Shown here in pieces: positions 25,675 to 37,941 of a DNA stretch of 64,000 nucleotides. The position numbers were made by a program, and so were the translations under genes. Origin of the DNA: Leucoraja erinacea (Eukaryota); contig NC_073395.1 in assembly GCF_028641065.1 (NCBI RefSeq), positions 16,492,001 to 16,556,000 on the forward strand, given 5' to 3'. Each line of letters starts with the position of its first letter. Position 1 is the first letter of the stretch. The notes below the pieces were generated by a model. It saw nothing but the letters and a program-made list of their open reading frames with translations. It was not told the DNA's origin and did no database searches.

Positions 25675-26110
25675 TGGCCTGTTCACTGTCGCTGCTGGTT
25701 ATGCATTTTTACACAGCTGCTGCTGGCTCTGGCATTGTGCGCCTGTTCTGGCATTGTGCGCCTGTTCTCTGATGCTAGTTTCTGCATTCTGCGCTTGATC
25801 CTTGTTGGTGCTGTTCTAGTATTGTACGCCTGTCCCTGTTGATGCTAGTCGTGGCATTTTCTACCTGTTGCCTGGACCTCGTTTCACCTGTGCACTGTAG
25901 CGACTGTGTTCTGGTATTGACGCCTGCTCCCGTTTGACACTGGTTTCAGGTGTTGCGTGCCTGTAATTTTGTGCTAATGTATGGCAGTGTGCACCAGTTC
26001 ACAGTCGGTGCTGCTGTAGGCACTGCGCGCCTGTTCACTATTGCCAGTGTGTTATTTGCTGCTGGTTTCTGGCATTGTGTACCTGTCGCCCACTGCTGCT
26101 GTTTTGGGCG
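25675..26110. repeat. Degenerate minisatellite (ggcattgtgcgcctgttc)
   Basis: Recurrent units. Confidence 0.7.
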
Positions 26111-26411
26111 TTCAGTTCCCTACATTGGTTTAGATATGTTTAGTATAGATTGCGCATGTTTGAGAGGTGACAATCCTTTCCTCACATCAGCTGAGATATC
26201 TTTCAATTCGTCTGTTCACTAGCTTTTATTTTTTCCCAAATATAGCCTCTGATGTTCCCCCATTTCGGAATGAAGCAGTTCGAGCATGGTTGGACACCCT
26301 GTCTGGAGGTAGTTTTGTTTTGTTAAAGACAGCCTGGCCATTACGCTGCTTTCCTTCTGCTCTCCCTCTCTTTTGGGGCATCAGTGTCAGAGTGAACAAC
26401 GCCAATGGCAC

Positions 26412-26565
26412 AGGGATGAGGGGTTGTGGAGGTTGGGACAGAGAGTGTAGGCTCAGGGAGGGGATGGGAGGTTGGGACAGAGAGTGTAGGCTTGGGGTGG
26501 GGATGGGAGGATGGGAGGTTGGGACAGAGAGTGTAGGCTTGGGGTGGGGTAAAGCGTGTAGGCCC
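26412..26565. repeat. ~38-bp tandem repeat (ggatgggaggttgggacagagagtgtaggcttggggtg), about 3 copies
   Basis: Direct reading. Confidence 0.85.
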
Positions 26566-27791
26566 AGGGGGTAACAGTGCAGAAAGTGTCAGCTATCCCT
26601 GTGGAGAGGAAGGCAGGTGTAAATACATTGGCCTCGGGGAGGGTGTATCAGTCCTGGTGAGTCACAAGGAAGAGCTGTTACAAATTAAAGGCAGGAAGCA
26701 TACAGGGATAGATAATGCTACATCGCATGTTGATTCCTCGATCTGAGTAAAATGAAAGGGACGAGAGTGGAATTAAAGTGGGATTGGTGCTAAATATTGC
26801 AGGGATGGGAATTGAATGGGAGACGGGTCGGGGGGCTGATGGTGAGAATAGTTCCTGACTGGTTGGGTGTGACAGTGGTGCAACTGGTAGAACTGCTGCC
26901 TCACAGCTCCAGCGACCTGGGTTCAATCCTGACCTCGGGTCCTGTCTGTTTACACGTCCTCCATCTGGCCATGTGGATTGCCTCCGGGTGCTCTGGTTTT
27001 CTCCCACGTTACAAAGACTTGCGGATCAGCCAGTTAACTGGCTGCTTCAATTACCTCTCTTGTCGGTAGAGAATCGGGGAAAGTTGTTGGGGACGGAGGA
27101 GAGTGTTCTTCACAGGGGTAGTAAGTGTGGGAATGAGATCAATAGGCTTCTAGCATAGAGTTGATGGGCTGAATGGCCCATATTACAAGGAAGTATGTGA
27201 TGGTCAGATTTATAAAGAATGAGTTGGAAATGGAATTATAAATCCTGGATGAAGAACCAATATCACAACATCTGATTACAGAAGCTGCAAGATGCCTCTA
27301 CGTTCTTTCTTTATATTTAAAATATCTCATTCTTGTTTTCTTGTTTTCAACTCTCCTTGGCCTCATCCTGCAGTATCTGCAAATCCTCCTTATCCCTGTA
27401 ACTCTAAGGAAGCTGCGCTGCTCAATTCCTGCCTTTTGCACTCTCGCCATATTAATCACCGCCTCTGAATGCTGTGCTTCAACTATCTGGCTCCGATGCT
27501 CAGAAACTCATCTCCTGAATCACTCCACCTCTTGTCATCAGGACGTTGCTTCAAACCGACCTCCCATCTTGTTTGTTTGTGTAATGTTTAATTGTGTAAT
27601 GTTTCTGTGGCTCTGTGGTAAATTTTATTTGATGACATGCCCTTGGAGTTAATGGTGACTTCAAATTTAAAAAAAGAAACAAGTGATTTTTAGCTGATAA
27701 ATGCACCCTATTAGAAATCTGAGCTGTTGCTTGAGGCTGCTCTGGGACTTTATGGTTCTTTAATTATTTCACTTTCTCCATTGCATTCCAG

Positions 27792-27854
27792 AAAAGCAGA
27801 TGAAGGAGGAGTTGAGCCCAGATGAGGAGGAGGGCAGTTCATCATTGGAGGATG
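27792..27854 (+). CDS. MICAL3: MICAL3-like 63-nt exon (EKQMKEELSPDEEEGSSSLED)
   Basis: Acceptor ttctccattgcattccag, donor ATG|gtatgc, purine-rich acidic codons, phase 1-1. Not in the ORF track. Confidence 0.75.
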
Positions 27855-28789
27855 GTATGCTGAATCTCACTTGATACAGAGTCTGGAGCTCTGATACACT
27901 CAAAGCATCTAACAGCCTCTATAAACACCACTACTGTATCTACCTCAACCACCACTTCTGACAATGCGTTCCAGACCCCCAATACCCCTGGGGGGAAAAA
28001 AACTTGCACCACACATCTCCATCATTGGGAAAAGCATGTGCCTTCCCATTAGCCCGCAATTCAATATCAACAGCATGGAAACAGCCCTCAGGCCCAATTC
28101 ATCCATTCCAACCAAGAGGCCCATCTACACTTGTCCATTTGCGAGTGTTTGACCCATATCCACTGAACCTTCCTATCCATGTATCTATCCAAATGTCCCT
28201 TAAATCTTGTTATTGTTAGTTTGAATCTAAAAGCGACATTCCATTTTGATCTATTGCTCCTTTCTCTTTTTCTCCACTGTATCTTTATTTCCAATTCTCT
28301 CTTGAAGACCATGATGAAAGTTCCCATTTCCTCATCTGCAGGCAGTATATTCCAGTTCCTAATCAAATATTGCATAACATTTCTGCTTTGTGTCACTCTT
28401 AATTTTACCCCCTTTTATTTCATACAGGTCCTCTACACCTCGGTCATGTTTTCCTTATGAACCACTTGACCTGTCACGTTCAATGGTCCCTTGGCTCCCG
28501 CATCCCTTTTAGAACAATATTGCCTCCGCTCATCATCCCCAACAAAGCACATCACCTCACATTTTTCTGCATTAAACTTTATCCTCCACACCTTTGCCAT
28601 TCCATATCCTATATATCCGATTCCATATATCTGTACATCCTGCTGCAATTTATCACTATCCTTTTCGCAGGCCACAACTTCAGCTGGCATGTTTTATATT
28701 ACCTTCAAATGTAGAAAGTGTGGCTTGCACCAAATCATTGAATTAGATCAAAGAATGATGGTCACAGGGGAAAACCACTATTCATCTCC

Positions 28790-29345
28790 GCAGGTACTTC
28801 TCCTGCAACCACAGGAGTGTAACACCTGTCCCTGTACCCCCTCCCTCACATCTTTTGGGGGACCCCAGCACGTCTTCCAGGTGAGATAGAGGTTCACATG
28901 TACCTTCTCTTTGGTGTTGCTGATGTGGCCTCCTTAACATCAGCGAGACCATGGATAGATCAGGCCACCATTGCGCTCGGTCTGTTTGACCTGTTTGTCC
29001 TCAGCTTCCTCCACTGCCAGAGTGAGGCTACATGCAAAATATAGGAACAGCACGTCCCATTCCGTTTGGTTAGCTTGCNNNNNNNNNNNNNNNNNNNNNN
29101 NNNNNNNNNNNNNNNNNNNNNNNNNNNNNNNNNNNNNNNNNNNNNNNNNNNNNNNNNNNNNNNNNNNNNNNNNNNNNNNNNNNNNNNNNNNNNNNNNNNN
29201 NNNNNNNNNNNNNNNNNNNNNNNNNNNNNNNNNNNNNNNNNNNNNNNNNNTCACTTTCCATGTCCTCCAGAGATGTTGCCTGACCTGCTGAGTTACTCCA
29301 GCACTTTGTGCTTTGTGTTCAAGATTCCAACATTTGCATATTCTT
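28790..29345 (+). mobile_element. Penelope-like GIY-YIG remnant plus terminal repeat, spanning the assembly gap
   Basis: ECNTCPCTPSLTSFGGPQHVFQVR followed after the gap by cctccagagatgttgcctgacctgctgagttactccagc. Confidence 0.75.
29079..29250. other. Assembly gap (172 N)
   Basis: Run of n. Confidence 1.
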
Positions 29346-29379
29346 GTGTCTATTCACCATCCTCGGGTCTGAACAACAA

Positions 29380-30780
29380 CCATTCACCTCTACTGTCCGT
29401 TACTTTGCCAACTTTGTGTCCATGATATTGTTCCTTTCATACACCATGCCCCTCAGTTTTTCTAATAAACCAGGGGTACCTCATCAAAAGCATATTGCAC
29501 ACCCTATCAACTGCATTATCTTCACCAAAAGGCTCTTCTAAATTGGTTAAACATGATTTCACCTCACACATCCCTGCTGACTCAGTTCAATTCATACTTT
29601 AACTCTGGGTGACTGCGAAAACCTGCTCCAGATCAGTGATCTGTGATTCCTCACTAACAAGTTCAATGGATTGTAGTTGTGAACTTGCCCTTTCTCCCCT
29701 TTTTGAACAATGGAGACATTTACTACTCTCTGTACCGTAAAGGGCCTGTCCCACGAGCATGCGACCTGCATGCGGCAAGTGTGACCAAACCGGACGTGAG
29801 GGCCGTGCGGAGGTCGAGTGAGTGACGTGAAGTTCGAGCAAAGTCCGTGGGAACTTCGCGCATAACGTACGGCGTCGAGACGCTTCGCACGCCCGTCAAG
29901 GCGGTGCGTGCAGCGCAGCGTCGAGGCGGCTGCGGAATTTTTGAGCATGGTCAGTTTTTCGGAGTCCCGCGCGATGTCGGGACCAGTTCCGCACAACTCC
30001 ATACGGCTCCGGCGATCGAAGTGAGACCGGCCCCGCGAGGCCGTACGGCTCAAGCGACCACGTTAGGTCGCGCTTGCCGCATGGAGTCGCATGCTCGTGG
30101 GACAGGCCCTTCACACCACCACATTAGCCAAAGAACACCGGAAGATCGCATTCAGTGGCTCTGTGACTTCCTCCTTGCTTCCCTCAGAATCCCCGGGTAC
30201 ATCCCCTCTCGTCTTGATGACAACAATCGCACATTCATCCAACGTTTCTAATGCTTCCGTGCTATAAATCTTAAATATATCCAGTATCTCACCTATCCTC
30301 TCCTTCGCGATTTCTTTGGAGTCACCGCATGTGATGACAAATACAAAATACCCATTTAGTGCTTTAACACCCTGTCGGTATCTTTTAACATTCCCATTTT
30401 TAACCTTAACATACAACACTGCATATGTACTACCCCTTTTTACTATTTATATGCCTAATGAACACTTCTGGATTCCCCTTTACACGTTGACAGCTGATCT
30501 GTTCTCACACACTCTCTGCTTCTCATTTTAATTTTCACTTCCTCTATCATTCCTCTGTAATCAGCCTGATTCTCGCTGATATTTACAACCCTGGGCTTGC
30601 TACATCCAGCTCTGATATTCTCTATCATCCAGAGAGCTGTGAATTTGCTTGTTCTTCCATCACCCCTTTCAAATTTGCCTCAACCATATCCAAACCATCT
30701 CTTACCTCTGAATTGTAAACCCGACTATAGATTAAACTACATCTCTCTCTAACATTGTTTTGAAATCCATCATCTCATCG
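29380..30780 (-). mobile_element. Decayed CR1 LINE ORF2 remnant
   Basis: Minus strand KALNGYFVFVIT and GDVPGDSEGSKEEVTEPLNAIF resemble CR1 ORF2; interrupted by the MITE. Confidence 0.65.
29741..30110. mobile_element. PIF/Harbinger-type MITE, 370 bp, CpG-rich, inserted in a CR1 remnant
   Basis: TIR agggcctgtcccacgagcatgcgac / gtcgcatgctcgtgggacaggccct; flanks TAA and TCA. Confidence 0.85.
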
Positions 30781-31434
30781 GCACACTTTCCCAGTGACCC
30801 CTCCAAAGCAAGACTATTAATTAACCCTACATGAGGATTAAGCATTGCACCGATGTTGGGCTTGGACATGGAGAAGAGCCATCAGAGTCAGCTGCATCCA
30901 CTTCATCAAAGCTACAGGACAGACTGTTGGCAACTAGTTGGAGATGACCTTTTCCCTTCTAATGGTTCACTAATGGCTCTAATCAGTTTAATAACCTAAA
31001 TAGCCATATTCATCTATAAATTGACCTTGAGCCTTTCACCAGCATCTGCAGTTCTTTTCTACATCCCCTAAATCTTGAAGGCTGGGATTGAGGGGATTGA
31101 GCTACAGCCTCACAACCCTCTGTAGCGAGGTGTTTCTAAATATCTTACACTTAACCTTCTATCCATGGTCTCTTATTCTTGCCTCCAACAAAGTAACGCA
31201 AGTCTGTACCCATGGTGTCAGACAAGGCCCAGTGGGGTGGAAGGTTAGCAGTTTGCTCGTGAGATTTGGGCACGTAATCCAGGCTGAAGCTCCCAGTGCA
31301 ATATTGGATGTAGCCCATCATGTAAAACCTGCCCCCCACCCCCACCCCAGCCAGTGTGATCAGGCACCATTTACACCATGGTCTTTTTTTACTTTTTCCC
31401 TCTCATGTCAGGCAGAAGGTACAAAATTTAAAGC

Positions 31435-31873
31435 ATGAGAGAGGGGAGAGAAGGAGTGGAGACACTTTTAAGAAGCCAGACAACTTTTAATAAAGTTTAG
31501 CGGGTATTTAACATTACCGGTCGGTTTACTTACCTTTTCCTTCCTCAATGAGCTTTACCTTTGATTAGCTTTGATTGCCTTCGATTACCTATGATAACAT
31601 TACAACCTACTTTGACCTACCTCGACTAAACCTACGAGTAAAAAAATATCGATTTTTTCCATGGCAACCTTTTTTTACTCGCGGGCATTTTTCAGCATGT
31701 TGAAAACAAACGCCGCGACCTAGCTGAGGCCTCGAGTACACGGGGACTACTCTCGAGCATGAAGGAGAGTTACAAAGACCTCCTTGGACCTCGTGTCGAC
31801 CATGCTGCGAGTATGAGTCGAGGGCAAACTCTTCTAAACTCGCCAATTAGGTCGCCGCAGTGGGACAGGCCCT
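31435..31873. mobile_element. Truncated MITE of the same TIR family (right end only)
   Basis: Ends agtgggacaggccct|tta; contains the shared ttttcagcatgttgaaaa motif; left boundary approximate. Confidence 0.7.
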
Positions 31874-31966
31874 TTAATGTGAACTCTCTACATTCTGTGC
31901 CCAGATCCTAGATTCTGCTTTCTCCCCACTGGTCTCAAGGCTCCTGTTTTATCTTTCTGTTGACAG

Positions 31967-32056
31967 ATATTGCATCTGATGCAGAAGCAGAGAACCGGTT
32001 GGTCTCATACACACACGAGCTGGAGCAATTAGTGCGAGAAAAGGAAGAGGCTTGTG
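31967..32056 (+). CDS. MICAL3: MICAL3-like 90-nt exon (DIASDAEAENRLVSYTHELEQLVREKEEAC)
   Basis: Acceptor ttttatctttctgttgacag, donor GTG|gtgagg; SDAEAE resembles a MICAL3 linker motif; phase 1-1. Not in the ORF track. Confidence 0.8.
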
Positions 32057-32354
32057 GTGAGGTTGGATCTCCAAGTAAGTATCCCACAACACTCTACTTA
32101 AGTCATTGTTATTGATGAAATATGTTGACATATGCATAGTTATGGGATCGAGTACAGAGGGATCTTGCAATCCGAATCCATAACTCCCTGAGAGTGACAA
32201 CACAGGTAGGACTGGAAGCTAGAAAATAAACCATGACAAATCGGGGCCAGCAAGAGATGACCTCTGACACGGAGGTTCCCTGGTAGGCCGATTGTTGGCT
32301 AGAGATGATGTGAGCCCATGAGCGATACATTGTTACGAACTGTGGAACTTTTAT

Positions 32355-32680
32355 TGGGGGGGGTAGGCATTTGTAGAAGTTCCCTAAAATTAGCCAATTC
32401 ACTATTTTTGCCATCGGGTTGTAAGCAACGCAAGCTAACTATGAGATACTGTTCTTCCAATTTGCTTGGGCCCTCTCTCTGGCAGTGGAGGGGGGCTCGG
32501 ACAGAAAGATCATAATTGGGAATGGGAAGGAGAGTTAAAGTGGGAGTCAGAAACCAGAAGATCCAGTAGGCCTTAGCGCAGCGAGCGTAAGTGTTCAGCA
32601 AAACGGTCGCCGGGTCTGCGATTTGTCTCGCCAATGTACAGGAGCCCACAGTGAAATCTGGATGCAGTAGATGAGATTAT
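32355..32680 (-). mobile_element. Penelope-like GIY-YIG fragment
   Basis: Minus strand SKLEEQYLIVSLRCLQPDG resembles the end of the Penelope-like ORF; similar fragments at ~36540-36650 and ~61690-61830. Confidence 0.65.
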
Positions 32681-33267
32681 TCCAGCATTTTGTGTCTATC
32701 TCTGGTGATCAACATGAATCGGAGTTTGCTGACCCTTGAACCATCTGCCAAGGTTGCAAATGATGTAAGATTTTGGCAGGAAGAAATGACAAAACATTTG
32801 AGTTTCCAGTTAAAGGAAGATGAGTATCATCCATTACTGGAAGTGTCCAATAAAATACTTTGGGTACGGAAAGAGTAGGGGGAAGACGGTTAAGGTATAA
32901 TTTAGGTGTCATCAGAACTGATGCCCATGTGCTGGCATGGAGTTACATCATTGCCCCCGACAGATTTCAACCTGCTCCTCTGGAAGTTTCAACCAAACCC
33001 CACCAAGAACCTGTACACAAATCTCATCAAGCTTCCTCAGAGATCTCAACAAAATTCCTCTGGCACTGAAAGAATTGTTACAGCACACGAGGAAGCATTT
33101 TGCCAATTGAGTCCTTGCCAGGTTCTGATAAAGCAATTCAATTCCCCTGTGGTGCCAGCATTCCTCACCCAAATCTTGACCCAATTGTTAATGGTGTGAG
33201 GAAAAAGTCATGGACTGTATAAAAGATGGTTCGATCAGATTAGTATGTTGAGAAGCCAATGAGTTTT

Positions 33268-33555
33268 GTTTAGTTTAGTTTAGAGATACACAACAGAAAC
33301 AGGCCCTTCGGCCTACCAAGTCCGCACCGACCAGCGATCCCCGCACACTAACACTATCCTACACACACTAGGAACAATTTACATTTCTACCAAACCAATT
33401 AACCGACAAACCTGTAATTCTTTAGAGTGTGGGAGGAAACCCATGCAGGTCACGGGGAGGGCGTACAAACTCATACAGACAGCACCCATAGTCAGGATTG
33501 AACCCGGGTCTCTGACGCTGTAAGGCAACAACTCTACTGCTGCGTAACTGCCACC
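33268..33555 (-). mobile_element. tRNA-derived HE1/V-SINE-like SINE
   Basis: Reverse-complement match to 25155-25447. Older copies at ~16775-17048(-), 24822-25080(+), 26866-27180(+) and 53225-53466(-). Confidence 0.85.
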
Positions 33556-33559
33556 CTTG

Positions 33560-36090
33560 AGGGAACAAGATATTTTAGATCTAGTGTTGTGCAATGAGAA
33601 AGGATTCATTGACGATGTGGTGGTCAAAGACGTGTTCGTGTGGGAAATTAAATTTTATATAAAGATTGACTATTATATAGTTTAATCTGAAACCAGATAG
33701 TTAAAGCTGAACAAAGCAAAATATTGATTAATGAGGTGTGACTTGTCCTCGGTAGATTGGAGAACTAGGTTAAAAGGTGTGACCTACAATGAATAACTTT
33801 TAAAGAATTAATACATAGTTTACAAGAATCCATATCCATTTGCAGACAAAAAATGTATCAAGAAATATTATCCATACATGGTTACCAAGGGAGGTTAATG
33901 ATAGCATTGGATCAAAGAGAAAGGATTATAGTGATGCCAAGAAAAGCAATGATTCTGACGTGTATGAAAAAAATTCAATTCAGCACAGAAATAGTCTAGG
34001 CTGAAAGCCAGAAACAGCCTGTTGAAGCATCAGTGGATACAGTGTAAAAAAGGAACTAACTAGCTAGAAAAAGATCATGTGGTTCCCTTAAAGGCTGAAA
34101 CAGAAGGAATTATGGCAAGAAAAAGGTGACAGAGGAATTAAATAACTTTTTTGTGTCTATCCTTATGGAAAACAACATTACAAAATCTCCCACAAATGGT
34201 GGGGAAATTACAGATCTGTAATCAAAGAAATCAATATTCATAAAAAAAGTAATATCGAAGAAATTAATGCAAACAAGAGGTGATAAATCGCCAGCACCTG
34301 ATGATCTACATCCTACGGTTTTGAAGAGGTGTCAATTAAAGCATCCACATGATTATCATAAAGGTGGGTGGCATTGTAGATAACGAAGATGGTTGTCAAA
34401 CCTTGCTGTGGGATCTTGATCATTGGCCTGGTGGGCTGAGGATGGTTGATAGAGTCTAATACAGATAAGTGTGAGGTCTTGCATTTTGGGAAGTCTAACC
34501 TACACAGTGGATGGCAGAGCCCTGGGGAGTGTTGTAGAGCTGTGTGATCTAGGAGGGCAGATACATAGATGCAGATGCAGAGTATTGAATGTAGAATTTG
34601 GGAGGCTATGTTACAGTTGTACAAGACATTGGTGAGGCCACATTTAGAGAGTTGTGTTCGGTTATGGTCATCCTATTATTGGAAAGATGTTGTTAAGTTG
34701 GAAAGCATGCAAAGATCTATGAGGATTTGCGTTTAATTTATTGTCACATGCTAACCATCAATGGATAGACTAGACATGATTACACTCAAGCCCTCCACAG
34801 TGTACAGATACATGATAAAGGGATTAACATTTAGTGCAAGATAAAGTCCAGTAAAGTCCGATTAAAGATAGTCTGAAGGTTTCCAATGAGGAAGATAATA
34901 GCTCGGGGCCGCTCGCTGGTTGTTGATAGGATGGTTCAGTTGCCTGATAACAGCTGGGAAGAACCTGTCCCTGAATCTGGAGATCGGTGTTTTCATACCT
35001 CTGTACCTCTTGTCTAATGGGAGAGGGGATAGAGAGGGACTGGGGTGAGGCTCATCCTTGATTACGCTGGTGACCTTGCCGGGACAGCGTGAAGTGTAGA
35101 TGGAGTCAATGCATGGGAGGTTGGTTTGTGTGATGGCCTGGGCTGTGTCCACAATTCTCTGCAATTTCTTGTGGTCACCAACCATGCTATGATGCATCTT
35201 GATATAATGCTTTCTACGCACATCTATAAAATTGGCGAGGATTGTTGGGGACATGACGAACTTCCTAGCCCTTGTAAGGAAGTTGTGGTGTTGGTGTTGT
35301 TTCTTGGCTGGTCCAAGACAAGTTGCTAGTGATATTTACTCCAAGGAACTTGAAGCTTTCAACCATCTCTACTTGACACCATCAATATATACCAGGATAT
35401 GTGTACCGCTTTGCATCCTGAAGTCAATCACTATCTCCCTTGTCTTGCTGACATCGAGAGAAAGGTTGTTGTCCTGACACAAGGTTCCAACAAGGTTCTG
35501 AATCTCCTTCCTGTCCTCTGCCTCGTCATTATTTGATATAAGGCCCACTACGGTGATGTCCGCATATTTGTAAATTGAATTTGGTTTGTACTTGGTGAGT
35601 ACCAGAATTATTGTTGAGGATAATTTGTCCCCTATCCTCAGTGATTATGGTCTGTTGCCAGGACTCGAAGGCCTGGGCTGTAGCCAGATGTTGAGCAGAC
35701 TAGGACTTTATTGCTTGGAGCGCAGGAGGATGAGGGGTGATCTTATAGATCATGAGAGGAGTAGATAGGATAAATCCACAGAGTTCTTTACCCAGAGTCA
35801 GGCAATCAAGAACCAGAGGTCATAGGTTTAAGTTCAGAGGGGGAAAAAATTATAGGAACGTGAGGTGCAGATTTTACTTGAAGGTTGGAAGTTATATGGG
35901 ATGAGCTGCCAGAAGAGGTAATTGATAGGTAGATACTATCATAACGTTTAAAAAACATTTGGACAGGTACATGGATAGGAAAGATTCAGAAGGATATGGG
36001 CCAAACATAGGCAAGTGGGATGTGTAGATGGAGCATGTTGATCGGCATGGGCAAGTTGGGCAGGAAGGAGTGTTTCCACACTGTATAACT
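33560..36090. mobile_element. Decayed CR1 LINE (+; 33560-34720 and 35660-36090) with a Rex/Babar-type LINE (-; 34735-35660) between
   Basis: gataaatcgccagcacctgat (DKSPAPD), tgtgaggtcttgcattttggg and a CR1-type 3' end; minus strand DHKKLQRIVDTAQAITQTNLP...RFRDRFFPAVIRQLN. Confidence 0.75.
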
Positions 36091-37247
36091 CTGTCAGGGA
36101 ACTGCAGCTGCTGGAATCTTGTGTAGAACACAAGTGCCGGAGTAACTGAGTGGGTCAGGCAGCATCTCTGGAGGACATGGATAGGCAATGTTACTGGTTA
36201 GGACCATTCTTCTGACTCGACCCCAAACTTCTCCTATCCATACCCTCCAGAGCTACTGCCTAACCCGCTGAATTATTCCAACACTCAAGGAAAAGATTGA
36301 TGGTTTGGTGCAGGAAGGTTTGCGTAATAGAGGCATCCTGCTCCAATTATGCGCAGCCCTGCTGAGACACCATGCAGAATGTTATGTATCGTTGTAACTC
36401 CCAAAGGGAGCTGCAAATGCTCGCTCACTCAACATATGCAGGACAGTTATTTTTAAATCGTAAGGAATCAAGGGATATGGAGTGAATGTGGGAATTGGCA
36501 TTTGGGTAAAATAATTAGCCAGGACCTTGCTGAAGGAGGCCACATCGGGAACACTGGACGCAGTAGATGAGGATCGGCGAGGTGCACAAGAACTTCTGTC
36601 TCACCTGGAAGGACTGCTTGGGTCCCTAGATTGAGGTGAAGGAGGAGGTATCTGCCTCTTTGACGCCCCTCAAACTCAATTTGTCACATTTTCTCCTCTC
36701 CCGTTGTTCTTTCAGCTGCTTAATTATGATTCATAATATTTAAATTCACTCTGCTGATGCTGACTGACTCGGTGTGTATTTCCAGTTTTTGCAGTTTTTA
36801 GAGTCAAATAAAGTCATACAGCATCTCCGGGTCACTAGTGCAATGAGGCATTGGCTCTACGGGCTGGGCCACTAGGCCTCACTGTGTCCATTGTAAATAT
36901 CTGCTTCTCACCCGCCTTCCTTCCTCCTCTCCCTCTAACTTTCAATATCTCTCGGCTTTGCCTGCTCTTTCTTGTACCTTTGCAATTCCTGCCCCTTCCT
37001 CACCTTTCACCACATTCTCTGTTCACCATCTCTGTGCCATTTTCTATTTCTTTCCTGTCTCTCAATCTGCACACCTTGACTGCAAGTTAAAACTGAGCAA
37101 GTGACTGCAGATGGATTTTAAAAGGAAGTAGGAGAGGTACATCAACTGGCAAAAGACAAGAATTTAAAACGGGACAAGGTGCAGCAAATAGACAATAATG
37201 TGCGGTTACTGCATTTTTCTAAACTAATGTCTGTCTGATATGTTTAG

Positions 37248-37300
37248 ATGGATCCATACCAACACACCAAGTGCTTTCAGAGAACAGAGCAGATCTTCAG
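37248..37300 (+). CDS. MICAL3: MICAL3-like 53-nt exon (DGSIPTHQVLSENRADLQ), phase 1 to 0
   Basis: Branch-like actaat, acceptor gtttag, donor CAG|gtacct; provides exactly the phase change needed to enter the large exon. Confidence 0.7.
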
Positions 37301-37490
37301 GTACCTTCTGTCAACTCGAGGAGAGAACAACCAGAGGTACAGTAAACCCGCTTGTGGTGCTTTGGGTGAAATGTCTTGGAATGGAGCTCTGCGTAATGTG
37401 GGTGATCTCGCCAGGTGGGGGTTTGTGGAAGATTGGGAGAGTTTTGGGTATATTGATAATGTGGCCAGGGATGAGGCTTTGGGAGATCTA

Positions 37491-37575
37491 GTTAGGTGTG
37501 GGTCACTGGGGTTCTGGTTAGGTACGGGTCACTGCGGTTCTGGTTAGGTACGGGTCTCTGCGGTTCTGGTTAGGT
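37491..37575. repeat. 26-bp tandem repeat (ggttctggttaggtacgggtcactgc), about 3 copies
   Basis: Direct reading. Confidence 0.9.
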
Positions 37576-37941
37576 TTGGTGATCTGGAATGATTCTTCTG
37601 GCGTCCATAACATGTCTGCTGTACATGGAGTTGACTTGGAGGATGCTCCAAATAGCCCTCAGTGACTCCACAACTCAACATCATTGCAGTCAGAAAGACA
37701 GGTTTACCCTTACTGTGGACTTGCTGAGGGCGCAGCATATGCATTCGAGCCTGCGTCCAACAGGGTGAAGAGAGGCGCTCCGTATCAGACCGTGGCTGCA
37801 GTAAACTTGCCGCCTTCCCTGTTGTACACTCAGGAAACTCGGGCCACTTCGGGGCAATTTCTGGCAACGCGTCTGTGCATTCATAACTAGTCCGTGCTCT
37901 GTGTGAGTTTAAAATATCTAATTTATTTTCCCTTCAATCAG

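Noticed and set aside
28940-29425. ORFs containing X runs
   Set aside because: Artefacts of the assembly gap.
29592-30251. Overlapping Arg/Ala-rich ORFs and apparent CpG island
   Set aside because: Explained by the CpG-rich MITE at 29741-30110.
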